Below, one piece after another: positions 23,336 to 36,871 of a stretch of DNA of 56,768 nucleotides. This DNA is from Octopus bimaculoides (Eukaryota), in assembly GCF_001194135.2 (NCBI RefSeq), contig NC_068987.1:102632176-102688943 (forward strand), written 5' to 3'. Position numbers and translations under genes: made by a program. A model generated the notes under the pieces. It was not told the DNA's origin. It made no database searches and saw only the letters and a program-made list of their open reading frames with translations. How positions within the stretch are numbered: position 1 is the first letter of the stretch; every line of letters begins with the position of its first letter.

Positions 23336-26300
23336 AGAGACTTCCACACATTTTCTATTTCGCTGTTTCTTTCTCTCACACAGACACACATACACAGCCT
23401 GCTCTCTTTCTCTCTGGTATTTTTATTTCTGTTGAGAGGAAAATCTTCTTGGCAACATTCTGGCATCTTGCCTAAATATGGTCTATTGTATGATATCTAT
23501 TGATTCTTTAACTATGATATTCAGGATACATTTTCAATTATTACGTTTGTTTGGCACATACTTCTTTTTCCTCTCCTTTTCCCCCTTATCTTCTTCATCT
23601 TTTATTTCTTCTTTTATTTCTCCTTCATCATCATCGTCATCAACATCATCTTATTTTTTTCTTCTTTTCCTTTCTATCATTTTCTTCCACTTCATCTTAC
23701 TTTTCATCTCCTCTTATTCGCATTTGTCTTGGCATACTTTTGCTATTTATCTCCATCCCGGGTTCTTTAAACGTTTTTGCCTATATTTCATAATGTTCTA
23801 CAGATAATTTTAGATTATCTTGCATTATTTTACCTTCTTCTCATGCTATTCACTTTGTCATTTCTCTGTGTAAGTATGTGGGCATGTGTGTCGTATGTAT
23901 GTGTGTATGAGTATAATTTGTGTTCGGTAGCAGGATGTATGCGTTCTCAACGGAGTACATCATAATCAGTTTAAGCAAATCATTTTTCACCGAAATGATC
24001 AAGTATTTTGTATATAAATTATGAATTATTTGAGGTTATGTAATAAAGTCTATACAGTGAAAATATATACGGAAAAAAGATAAGTTCTAACGTACGATAT
24101 AAAAAGAATATGCGAGATGGTATCTTGTAGCAAATCTTCTAATAGAGAACGTTTCCTTTTGAGAACTTTATTTCACATCAGGCAGTTTAAATAGGAGTTA
24201 AAGTCTCTCTGTGATTTGCAATATCTCAGTTACGTGAGATTGTATACAAAACTACGTAGAAAGACGAGCGCATAAAAAAACACACACTTTTACCGCATTT
24301 TACTCAACGAGAAAAAGAAACGCTTTTCAAAGAAAAGCTACTTGAAGAAGATAATATTTTCAACCATTTTACTCTATTTCGGTTGTTTAAGCCATTTCGC
24401 TGCTTCGGTAGATTAAGCCATTCCTAACTATCCTGATTGCATATGGAGCTGATGTACAAGGAAAGGAAATGAACTTTCGAAACGTATACACCTGGGAGTA
24501 ATATGGACATTGATAAATAAATTCGCCGCATTTTCCAGTCTATCATGATAAAGGTCCACAAACGTTGTGAGCAAATATTGGAACAGTGGCTGTCTCTCTT
24601 ACTTCTCACGCTTCATTAAATGTATAGAGAAGAAATGCAAAGAAATACTTCTCTCTCCTAACTAGTGACGAGTCGGGCCGTGCATCACACACATGAAAAA
24701 TACATCACGTTCCAAGAATCACGCGCATATTGCAATTACATCCTGATATCGAACACAAATACACTTATACACACATGCATATGACACACATGCCCACACT
24801 CTCCGACAGCGAAACGACAAAGTAAACAGCCTAAGAATCATGCGCACATTACAATTACGAAGCAACATAGTATTGCATTTGAAACGAGAAGCTCATGCTA
24901 CAGTCGAACCCACTAGCAGGTGTGCTGCTAAAAGACTGTTAGTTTGAGGAGGAGATTCCGACTTTCCTTGAGAACTCTTTATTAATTGAACCCATCACAG
25001 TAATGTAGAAAGCGTGTGGAAAGCATTAGGTTAATTCAAAATGTAACGATATAGTTATAAGGAAATTCACCGACCCCTTGTAGAATTATTATACTGGAGC
25101 AGTCTTCCGACTAGGAGAGTAAGATTTTGCAATATATATCGGCATTTTAATATGCGGCCTGAAGGATTCGGCTTGGCGAAACTGCTGCACATACTCTGAA
25201 TGGACATCAAGTTTTGCAAAGGATCTTTACACTCTGTATGATACATTGAGATCTGGGATCGATTCTATGTCTATGTAAATAAATGGGTCGCACATTTGCA
25301 TTCATTTGCGATGAAAAAAAATATAGGCCTTTATGAATTCATGAAGAAAGAAAGAGCACGTAAAGATCACTACCATGGTTTATTTCTGAGAAAGAGGACG
25401 AAATACAGAAATTTTGAACAAGAACAAGGAGGGGAGTGCTCTATTCCTATAAGCAATATTGAGTCGAATTATGGGGTAGGTTTTCTGCTCTGAGTCCGCA
25501 TTGGACCTAAGCCTGTTTTCTACCGCCGACACGATAGAAAATATGCCATTCTGTGTGCACACACGTAGACACACGCGCACGCGCGTAATATGTGTAAGTA
25601 TATTATAAACTTTCCCAGGTAAACATATGCATAAAGATGATTTATGTTGAACACAAAAGTAAACATATAATAATTCATACTAGACATTTCCTCCGAGAAA
25701 ACAAGACGGTAAATAAGAATTGTATTGTCTCAAAAATATTTCTTGATTGGAGAACAATATATTCATCCCTTTTTGTGTTTTTTTTGTGCTATTATCTTGA
25801 AAGCTTCTCTTATAGGAATTCTTTTAATCCGCGCATATTTAAAAGTTGTATATTGCACTAAAGTTGGATACTGTACTAAACTATTTTAGATCTTTTCCTT
25901 GGTATTAAGAATATTTTGTCACATACTGATTCTTATTACCAGATGTAATTTCAAGTTTCTTTATTTTAATACTACTTTTTTTTACCCAAGACAAAACATG
26001 CTTTTTATATTCTTATAAAAACAATATATTGTGAGCAAAGGCAGAAACTCACTCAAGTATTTATAATATTCATATAAAATCTCTTAGATTCATTTGCAAT
26101 TTGATAAATTCATCAAGTTTATAAAATGGTTTCTGAATGTATTCTCTAAACAATCTCACAGCCATGAATAAAGTTCCTTTCCATGATTTTAATGTTTCAT
26201 AGATGTCGAAGATGCTTTACGATGTTCGTTTAATATTACCCAGAGTTTTGTAACTATCCGTTCAGCACAGATTTGCATTTGTTGCAATCAATACTAAACA

Positions 26301-27104
26301 GCGGTTTAGATTATTGAAGAAACAATAAATACTTTTTCTACAAACGTGTGTTATAACACTGAAGATCCCACAGCGTAATTCCAGGTATTCTGAATATTCT
26401 AGTCATGTTTTTGTATTGATTATAATAAATGTAGAAAAATAAAACGTCTGCTGGAAATATATTTTAACATTATACGAAAATGACGGGTAGAGGTGAGATC
26501 TCATTTATTTAGATTCATAGCCTATCGATGTGGGTCGCATATGTTATGCTTCTGCTTCTGAAAATTACTCGAGCAAAAAGAAAAAAAGAAAAAAAATTAC
26601 TAATACTAAATGTCTCGTAAATCGTGATGGGAGAATGTCAAGGGCCATTGCTTCTCATGGTGTTGCACACTTAGTATAACTCACAATGTCTTTCTTACGT
26701 TCTCACATATTATGTATCTATTTGGTTTTATGTATCACTCTCTTTCCAGCCGAAGACACTATCCAAAACGTTTCGCTCAGAATTACAAAGAATGCTTGTA
26801 GAAGATTTTGGTTCATGAACTCTGTGCAAGAAGACAAAAAGATTAGCCATTCAGGCTACTGGATAAGATTAAAAATGGCGTAAATATGTGCATTGTGATA
26901 TTCACGTAATAAGGTTAAGTTCGTTGAAAAGTCTTGACTTTCTTGATAATGTAAATAATCTATTCTCTGAGACTGAAAACACGTCGAGAGAACCCAGTTT
27001 AACAAGACAATAAACTGTCTACATATACTATTGCAATGGGACCATGTAACTATACGATAAAACCAACGTACGTGTATATAATATTTGCCTCGAGATCTAT
27101 ACAC

Positions 27105-27135
<31 letters not shown>

Positions 27136-27469
27136 AATATATATGTACGTCTACTCATATGTATGTATATGTATATATATATATATATACATATATATGT
27201 GTGTGTGTGTGTGTGTGTGAATATATATGTACGTCTACTCATATGTATGTATATGTATATATATATATATGTATGTATATAAATATGTATATATATGTAT
27301 GTATGCTTACGTATATATATGCATATATATGTATGTATGCATATATGCGAAATGACCTGCACAAATCATTTTATTTTTAGTGACAGACAGACAGACAGAC
27401 GGACAGATGGACTGATGGATACATACAAATATATATTCCGTTATTCTCCTATGTCTTTCATCCCAAACA

Positions 27470-28040
27470 AACGGTGTCTGTCATGATGGGGCACTGCCAA
27501 TATCATTACTTTTTCAATAGCCGTTCTCATGTCGTTATCTTTTCATGAATGATGGTGTTTGATATTGCTGCCATCCTTTGAAATTTCTTGCTATGATATA
27601 TGTTCATCCGAGATTGGACAGAAGGGAGAGTCCTTCTGTCTCAGGGAAGATATTAAAAAATCATGGACCTCAAGTTATCGCTGTACCCAGTCCTTAGTCT
27701 ACATGAAATAGGTAGGACCCTTTGAACAGTGCAGTGTCGGTGTGTTCTGGTGCTGGTGCTCTCGATACCAAAGTTTGGTGCCAGCTCCTCTATTATCTTC
27801 CTTATTCATATATTTCCACTACATATGGAAACCTTTTTACTCCAGCGAGTCGAGTCGTAATTCTTTCAGTACCTCCCAGTAACTAAATAGTCCCATTGAT
27901 GAAACATTTCTCGTGTAGCTCCGATATACTGCCTCGAATTCTGCTATTAATTTTACTTTATCGGTTGACCATTGTTCAAAGCAGTAGTCCAGATGGCTGA
28001 GATCAAATGGATCAGTATAGATTCCTGGACCATTTTCTGA
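27470..28040 (-). mobile_element. CR1/L2-group LINE, 5'-truncated 3' end (pseudogenised)
   Basis: Minus-strand translation LSHLDYCFEQWSTDKVKLIAEFEAVYRSYTRNVSSMGLFSYWEVLKELRLDSLE* matches the post-RT LxYCSxxWSP...LExVQR...SYxERLxxLxLYSL motif. The 3' UTR ends in ggcagtgccccatcatg. Confidence 0.8.
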
Positions 28041-28217
28041 AGGTATATATATATATGTGTGTATATATGTATAAATATATAGATGTATTATTTATTTGCT
28101 AAACTTAACCTGTAGTTAGAATGCAGAATTTAAAATAATGGGGTGGGTGTTATATTTATAGGAAGTGTAGCCTGTTGTTTCTGATATAGACAATGTGCCA
28201 GGAGGTTTCTGTGGATT

Positions 28218-28365
28218 ATCAGAGGAATATGTAATAGCGTGTGCATGTGTGTGTGTGTGTACTTGTGCCCGTGTGTGTGTGTGTGCATATGCGTGTGTGT
28301 ATGTGCTTATGTGTGTGTGTGTCTGTGTTTGTTTGTGTGTGTGTGTGTGTGTGTGNNNNNNNNNN

Positions 28366-28433
<68 letters not shown>

Positions 28434-28446
28434 TGCGTGTGTGTAT
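28218..28446. repeat. (TG)n microsatellite containing a 10-N gap
   Basis: Visible run. Confidence 0.92.
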
Positions 28447-28980
28447 GAATGTATACATTTCCTGTTTAGCCGTACGATATGTACAGAAATGTTTTGTATA
28501 TATGAATATGCGAAAAAGAAAGAAAGCATGTAACGTTGTAAGCAATCCAGAGTTAAAGACAAAATGCAGAAATAGATCATATTTATACATGAAAAACAAA
28601 TATATTCAAAGCACTTTGTCAATACAAAATTAATATATCTTTGAAACTTTTAAAAATATTTCAACAAATATGTCAATTTATTTTTACAAGAACATTGAAT
28701 GTAAAACGACTATTAAGAAAAAGATTGTTTCGATTTACATGATGCATGGAACTGTCTGATAGGGGAGAATTCAAAGTTCAAATATTTGAACTTTAAAATA
28801 TTCCCCAAATATTTTCGTTTATTACATCAAAATTATACCAGCACTTGATTAGAATGCCTATGGGAGAATGACTTCATTGTCATTGATATATTAATGGCAC
28901 TGATATCGTTCTAATTATTAGAAGGTGTACTAGGTTCTAATATTTTCCAAATAATTTCATGTTATTTTATATTGTTATAT

Positions 28981-30120
28981 TTAACGATCAATCACACTTC
29001 GAAAGAATTGTGACAAAAGAACTTTCAAAATTTCTGTTTTGCCAGTTCCACCTGGAGGATCCAGAAAGAAAATACCTCTTTCCTTCTCAATGCTCGAAAT
29101 AATGGAGTTATAAACACGCACTTGGTCCTCCATCAGTTTGTGTTCTTTATCAGCTATATACACCGTTACTTCCTCGATGTCATAGCTGATTTCTCTCAGG
29201 TACTCAATTGCGAGATTGTTTGCTGCCTGCTCCAATTGAGGCAGACCAAATGTGGAATTGCCATGACCTCCCATAGCTTGGTGTTATTTTTGTTAGAAGC
29301 ATGGACTGGCACAACTGATAGAGTATCGCAAAAAATGCCAAGCAACTTTTGTTTCGGTTCTCGCCGAGGTCAAATTTGCCTTTCATCCTCCAGTTTGAAG
29401 TTTTGTTTCTGAAGTCTACCAAAATGAAAAATAATGGTTGTGTATATTTTTGGAAAATATACACAACCAGGTGACGTAATGTCTCATTGCAAACGGCGTT
29501 ATTGAACACGGCGATTTCGACTGAGGTTTGCTTGTGAATTCTTTGTAAGATGTCCTTTGCCACGCTAGTTTTGTGGGTCGCTCAAAATTTGAGAGGTTCA
29601 CGCAAGCCACGCGTCATCAACATGATAGAAAATAGCTGGCGCAGTTGACTTAGTGCTGTGCTGTCTGCTGCCTCTTCCGGTGTCTGGTCGCAGTGAGCAT
29701 CAAACTCCAGTAGTTCATGTTTGGTGCAGGCTTCAATGTATCTCGTGCAGACTTCCCCATTGTGTCTTCGAAAGTCTGTGAATGATAAAGAACCGCTGAC
29801 AATGTATACCAGTAGATGCAGAAAGAAGCACTCCTGCTGATTAGGATGCACAGTGTACACCTGCCTATTGGTCCCACTTCAGAAGACAACATCTCTTTCT
29901 CAGCTCTCAACGCGTGCTCCTTGCTTGCGTCTGTTCCATCTATGTGTGCCCAGTTATAGTACACGGGGACCTCTACATATATAAGTGTTCTGGCAAACAG
30001 ATCACATTGGCATGATTTGAAGAAAGCTGTGAAAGTGGTTTCTGGTGTATTCAGAACTATATTTCGAGCATTGTCTTCTGTGAAATATACACGCTGGTCA
30101 TTTTCAAGATGTGAACATAG
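28981..30120 (-). pseudogene. Helitron RepHel fragment (inter-domain region to Pif1 helicase motif I), interrupted by an insertion at about 29277-29469
   Basis: Translated pieces: HLENDQRVYFTEDN...TTFTAFFK...FARTLIYVEVPVYYNW; YTVHPNQQECFFLHLL..VSGSLSFTD...EAC..ELLEFDAH..QLRQLF; KDILQR; MGG..STFGLPQ...DQVRVYNSI..IFFLDPPGGTGKT (Walker A). Confidence 0.9.
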
Positions 30121-30313
30121 ATTTTAAGGTGTTACTACATGTAAACAGGTGTGAATTTTGTGTTGACAGTGCATTTGTCTAAAAGCAGAACAGTTCTTCG
30201 AGCAGCGCTTGTCAATTAGCTGAAGTGACATGAAAGGCATCGTCATCATGGTATATTCGTGAATATGTCAGTAACCGAAATAAGTGGATCTATTATTTAG
30301 GAAAATACTATTT

Positions 30314-30467
30314 AGTTCTGTATTTAAGAGATGAGAAATCATGTGCATTATTTACAATTGACGAATATTTGTCCTCATCTTGTTTGTTGTTAACACAACC
30401 TTTCAGCTGATATACCCTTCAGCCTTCATCAGGTGTCTTAGGGAAATTTCGAACCTGGGTTCTCATT
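30314..30467 (-). mobile_element. SINE family D tail, with hammerhead motif at 30392-30437
   Basis: The reverse complement atgagaacccaggttcgaaatttccctaagacacctgatgaaggctgaagggtatatcagctgaaaggttgtgttaacaac...ctcatctcttaaatacagaact is homologous to 21041-21203. Confidence 0.82.
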
Positions 30468-30559
30468 ACGGCAAGATGAGGGTAAATATCCGTGAATTAT
30501 AAATAATGTAAATACAAGGGTTGCACTGGGTAAAAATGCTAAAATAACTCTTCAATGCT

Positions 30560-30828
30560 AAGGAATAAACATACTCAACTTGATTTTCCCCAAATAATAT
30601 AGGAAAATGAATGGATTATTTCCCATGACTGCTAATAGTTATATATGTGGATCCATTCCAGAGGCGCTAGCCATCTAATTATAGAATTTTATTAAACTTC
30701 AATGAGCTTAGAAATAAACTGGATGATTCTTTAGTATGTTTTCAAAGTTTCACAAAAGTCCGTTAACGGGTGTAGACGGTTACTTGACACATACAGACAA
30801 GCAGACAACTTGCTTTTATATATGTATA

Positions 30829-30835
<7 letters not shown>
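30560..30835 (+). mobile_element. Possible non-autonomous Helitron/Helentron-type (DINE/HINE-like) 3' end
   Basis: The terminal text aaagtttcacaaaagtccgttaacgggtgtagacgg...acatacagacaagcagacaacttgcttttatatatgtataagat resembles such ends from memory. No alignment was run. Confidence 0.3.
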
Positions 30836-30869
<34 letters not shown>

Positions 30870-31792
30870 AATTACTGAGATGTTTTACTCATCTCAGTCG
30901 TTTGGCTACTGTCATGCTGGATCATTTTCTTGAATAATTTTAGCTTAATATATTGACTAAACTACGTATTATGTTTTTTATCTTGGTACATTCTCTATCT
31001 GCTTCTTTTGATGATCCACAAAGTTACGGGGACATATACACACACACACACATACGCATACATATCGACATACACACACACACACACACACTTACACGAC
31101 ACATAATATATATATACATACGAATGTGCGTATTCTAAAGCGTGCGTGTGTATGATTTCAAACATTTCGGAATAATTAGCATAATGTGACTGAGCGATAT
31201 AAGCATTTTCAATTAGGCATTATCGATATATTTTTGAGCGTTTTTGCACGTGTCTATACTATCTTAATTATATCGATAATTTTAAAAAGTTTATGAAGAT
31301 TATGTGTAATTCTAGAGATTTATCGAAGGCGTTGAATAATGACATTGCAAAATTCAGACGTGCATTCTCCAGCAAAACAATAATTCAAATTTCACATTTC
31401 GAAGGTTTTCGAAAGCGCCAAAATTTTACATGCCAGTGATGTATGGCTATAGAGTAGAGCTGCTTTTTGCCACTGAGCCATTCAAGAAAATCTATAATTG
31501 TTTGTTCACTCTTTAAATTTTCTGAATCATTAGCAATTTTTGTTGAAACTTTGCCAAAACAATGTTTCAAACCAAGGTATTCATATCACTTACGTTTGTT
31601 TGGTATGTGTTTCTTTATTGTAAAACTCAATCCGATAGAAATACATACATCCCTACTCACATTCACTGACATAAACACACACACACACACATAAAACTGT
31701 GTGTGTGTGTGTTTGTACATACATACCTATATATATATGCGTCTTCGTTTTGTGTGCGCATCTGTATGGATGTATGCGTATCTATCTATCTA

Positions 31793-31870
<78 letters not shown>

Positions 31871-31978
31871 CACATATATATTTACACATATATATATATA
31901 TATATATATGTGTGTGTACAGCGATAGAGAGATATTAATAAACAGGTGATCATATATATACATAATGATGTATGTATA

Positions 31979-32012
<34 letters not shown>

Positions 32013-34429
32013 ATTTGAGTGTGTGTGTTTGTGTGTGCCTCTGTGTAAGTGTGAGTGTTTGTACGTGGGCGTATGTTCATTACATATTATATGCATATGT
32101 ATGTGAATTTATGCATGCCAATGTTCACTTCTAGATACACTTACCCATGCCCATGTACACATACGTGGAAATACACACTATCAAATACACACACACACAT
32201 GTACATATATACGAACGTAGAAACATGCATAATTGTGAGCATAATATTCACGAATGTGTTTGCAGAGGGGTAAGAATGTATGTACGAATATAACGCTTAT
32301 ATAAATGTGGGATTATCGATGCTAATTTATATTGTTTCTGTATATGTTTTGCAGGAAAGCAGGAAAACTGTTGATTCAAATAACAATGGGAGAATAATTC
32401 TTTTTTTTTTTTTTGAAAAAATATGCAATAATGAAATTAAATCAAGTAAAATAAAATCAATCAAGCCAAAATATGATTGATGGAATAAACGACGAGAAAT
32501 AAAGAGTGAGAACTAAATTTTTACTGCGTTGAGAAATAATAACTCTTATTTAAATAACGCATGTGCACGCGCACACACCACACACAAACGCATACACACA
32601 CACACACACANNNNNNNNNNNNNNNNNNNNNNNNNNNNNNNNNNNNNNNNNNNNNNNNNNNNNNNNNNNNNNNNNNNNNNNNNNNNNNNNNNNNNNNNNN
32701 NNNNNNNNNNNNNNNNNNNNNNNNNNNNNNNNNNNNNNNNNNNNNNNNNNNNNNNNNNNNNNNNNNNNNNNNNNNNNNNNNNNNNNNNNNNNNNNNNNNN
32801 NNNNNNNNNNNNNNNNNNNNNNNNNNNNNNNNNNNNNNNNNNNNNNNNNNNNNNNNNNNNNNNNNNNNNNNNNNNNNNNNNNNNNNNNNNNNNNNNNNNN
32901 NNNNNNNNNNNNNNNNNNNNNNNNNNNNNNNNNNNNNNNNNNNNNATACATATATATACGTGTGTTTGGGTGCGTGTGTGTATATACATCTCTATGCACA
33001 TTCACAATCGCACTCACACACGTACATTTATGCATAAAAAGCAATGTACAAAGAACGGATAACCAAAAATCAGAAACTTAGAACTAATACGAAGCATAAG
33101 TATATGCCCATATATGTGCACGCACGTGAGTGTGTGTGTGTGTAACTCTATGGGTATGCGTGCATACTATACATGTAAATATGTGTGTGTATGTGCATAT
33201 GTATATATGTATATACATATATATGTGTGTGTGTATATGTGTGTATGTGTGTATGTGTGTGTGTGTATGTATATATGCATCAAATTATATATATACATAT
33301 ATCCTTGTGCAGACAACGCATAATCGTATGTGCACACACGCACACACTGTGTTAGTTCTTTCTCTGCTCTCTCTTCCTGTTTTTCGGTGTGTTTGCACCG
33401 AGAACATAAAGCTGTTAATATTCCATTGGATAAATATCTAATTCCAAATACAATGTTATTCATACAAGAGATGGACTCCATGAACACATCATGCTAAAAA
33501 AAAAAAACAACAATCATACTAAGATGACAAGAAAAAAATGTAAAACTTTGACAGCTGTAATTCTGTTTAATATCTGCTAAAACTAATATTGTTCCCAACA
33601 CCTTGGTAATTTAATTATTGTTCTAAATTAAGCTGTGGTTTAATGAGGTAATCTTACACCATTATTTGAGCCAAATTGGTAGCCTCGTAGTGTCAAATGC
33701 CCTGTTATATATGGATGTCAACTGGCCTTCTTGCTTTATCTTATTGTTTTAAAAAGAACATATAGCGGAAAATATTGAGCGAGGTTCTCTATTCCCGAAA
33801 AAGTAGGATTGTCCCGCGTCTTCCACAAACGATTAGGCTGTCACCAACTACTGGATTGCATTTAATTGCAGGTCTAAACTTTGCTGGAAGCCTACATGTA
33901 TTCATATATGTATATATGTGTACATTTATGCGCATGTGTGTGTTTGCATGAATGTCACACACAGACATACACACATACATGCATATATATANNNNNNNNN
34001 NNNNNNNNNNNNNNNNNNNNNNNNNNNNNNNNNNNNNNNNNNNNNNNNNNNNNNNNNNNNNNNNNNNNNNNNNNNNNNNNNNNNNNNNNNNNNNNNNNNN
34101 NNNNNNNNNNNNNNNNNNNNNNNNNNNNNNNNNNNNNNNNNNNNNNNNNNNNNNNNNNNNNNNNNNNNNNNNNNNNNNNNNNNNNNNNNNNNNNNNNNNN
34201 NNNNNNNNNNNNNNNNNNNNNNNNNNNNNNNNNNNNNNNNNNNNNNNNNNNNNNNNNNNNNNNNNNNNNNNNNNNNNNNNNNNNNNNNNNNNNNNNNNNN
34301 NNNNNNNNNNNNNNNNNNNNNNNNNNNNNNNNNNNNNNNNNNNNNNNNNNNNNNNNNNNNNNNNNNNNNNNNNNNNNNNNNNNNNNNNNNNNNTATATAC
34401 ATATATTGATGTGTAGAGATATATAAATA

Positions 34430-34448
34430 GATAGGTAGATAGATAGAC

Positions 34449-34513
<65 letters not shown>

Positions 34514-34590
34514 TACAGTGAGAGAGAGAGAGGGAGAGAGAGGGAGAGAGAGAGAGAAGGCGAGTACGAGATAGAGAGACAGACAGACAC
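34430..34590. repeat. (GATA)n-(GA)n-(GACA)n compound microsatellite
   Basis: Visible runs. Confidence 0.92.
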
Positions 34591-34694
34591 AGAGACTGTG
34601 CTTGAATATAAGTTTTTTGCTCCTAATTAAATTTCGGCTCTCGGCTCATTTTTAAATAATGTGATTATCTTCATTTGATCGCAATCCGCAACCA

Positions 34695-34810
34695 GATGAA
34701 AACTGAGTTTGTATTTGTCTTTGTCTGTGCAACCTAATCAGGTTCGACTGTTGATGAAAACTCTGTTCGTACTTGTCTTTGTTTGTGCAATCTAATCAGG
34801 TTCAACTGTG
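34695..34810 (+). repeat. Tandem duplication of a 58-bp unit
   Basis: Units 34695-34752 and 34753-34810 match at 50/58. Confidence 0.85.
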
Positions 34811-36486
34811 CTTCAGACAAAGAAAATTAAATGCCTGTTTTCTACATTTTAATTTATCACTTACTCTTTTCAATCATTAGACTTCGGCCGTGTTACAGCT
34901 CCGCCTTGAACGGTATAGTTGGCCACAGTACATTCTGTCTTTTTACCTGGGTTGGGTCTTATTTTGTCGCTCTCGTTTAACTGAAACGATAAGTTATAAG
35001 GACGTAAAAAAACAACACTTATTTCTCAACGTATGTGTATGACTGTGGGTATGTAGTCAGAATTTAATTTACATGCGGTCATTTATATAGCATATCCACC
35101 TACACATCCAATTCTTAAGCGCGTAGTTATATGTGGAATTTCTATGTGTATTTGTGGCTTAGTAACAATGAATATACAACTGCTAATATATTGTTTATAT
35201 CTATTTCCAAATAGTTTTATTCAGACAGTGGGTGACCTCCATTAACAGCAAGAAACAAGCAAACATTATCATTATGACAACTTTGTTATTAGAAAGCAAA
35301 CCATAAGTGAAAACCAGGCAACTCTAATTCTGTTTAATGTCTGCTTCAACTAAAATCTTCAATACACCATCGTAATTAAATTATTTTCCTATATTAAGCA
35401 TTAATTTACTGAGGTCACTGAAACTTTTACACTATTTTTCCTTTCTGTTACCTGAGCCCAATATTTGAACCTCTAACTCGTCCTCCGATCTGCTAGAAAT
35501 AAATGCCAAATGTTCCTCATATTGTCTTTTTAAAGCAGTATATATATTGTGTAATCCATCCAGTTTATACACTATTCCCGAGAATAAGGTGTGATGGTCA
35601 TGGCTGTAATACGCTATCCGGACTAAACTGTGGATACAAGAATAATAATCATTATCTTACCGCATACTCTGACACCAGTATTTTGTTACAAAAGCCTGCA
35701 ACACATTGAATCGCAAGCAGCGCCATTCGATTTCTGTAATTTGAAATTCAATTTTGACATGTTAAATTTTTTCTTATATATATATGTGCTTGATTATAGT
35801 TTGAGTGTGTACATATGCGGTGGCTTGGTTGTACTGACGCTGTTGTTTAAGTGTGCGTTTGTTTGTGATTAGCAGTGTTTTTGAAAGCGAGGTTGAAGAT
35901 GGATTGTTAAATTTACGAGAAATCCGTTCAATATGCAAGGGGAAAATTATATCTCTATAGCGACGTGTGAAAATGATACCCTGATAGTATGGAAAATCTA
36001 TAGCAAGTGTTATTCGCAATAGCATGTAATTAGTAGTGATATCTGGAACATACACTAATAGATATAGATTTCAGCTGCATTTTCGATATCTAAATTGTCC
36101 AACTTATACCATACCACTCTCTTCCGACAATATATTCTGCTATATTTCAAGATAAGAGTTAAGAGATATGTAACACATTCACTACCATTAAATGATAATA
36201 TGATGATCGTCCCACCGTCAATATCGACGATGAACATTGAGTTGTCCTATCAACTGAACTGAATAAATGAAACCATATTCCCATGCTTATTACTGGGGGT
36301 CGGATGTCTCAGTCACAACCGCCATTCGTCGGCACAGACTACAGCACATTAGTTTCGTCTTCGAGTTATTTTTTTCGGAAGGAAAATATTCAGTCAGCTC
36401 GATGATCTCTTTCAGTCTGTATTACTGTCGTGATTGATACCATTGGAACTGTGCCTCTTTGCAGGCATGCACTATAGACAATATAG

Positions 36487-36629
36487 GCGCAGGCGTGGCT
36501 GTGTGGTAAGAAGCTTTCTACGCTACCACATGGTTCCGGGTTCAGTCCCAGTGTGTGGCACCTTGCGCAAATATCTTCTACTATAGCCTTGTGAACGAAT
36601 TTGGTAGATGGAAACTAAAAGAAGCCAGT

Positions 36630-36630
<1 letters not shown>
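36487..36630 (+). mobile_element. SINE family B, 5' half
   Basis: Reads gcaggcgtggctgtgtggtaagaagc...ggttccgggttcagtccc...ggcaccttgcgcaaatatcttctactatagcc...ggaaactaaaagaagcc. Confidence 0.88.
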
Positions 36631-36667
<37 letters not shown>

Positions 36668-36669
<2 letters not shown>

Positions 36670-36871
36670 AGAATATACGAAAAAACAACAACAGACGAGG
36701 ACAGGTGGTGTAAATAACAAAAGGATGTATTAGTATGACGCTCGGGATTACGGAAAGTCTTTGACGTTTCGAGCTACGCTCTTCAACAGAAAGAATACGG
36801 AGACAAGGAGAAAAACACGGAGAAAAAAAATTGAATAGTGTTCGGTCAACGGTCAATCATAATAATGGCTG

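Noticed and set aside
27108-27275. Twice-repeated unit (tg)n-aatatatatgtacgtctactcatatgtatg-(ta)n superficially like a repeat-spacer array
   Set aside because: It has only two units made of microsatellite, and the context is eukaryotic with no cas genes. It is slippage or assembly duplication, not CRISPR.
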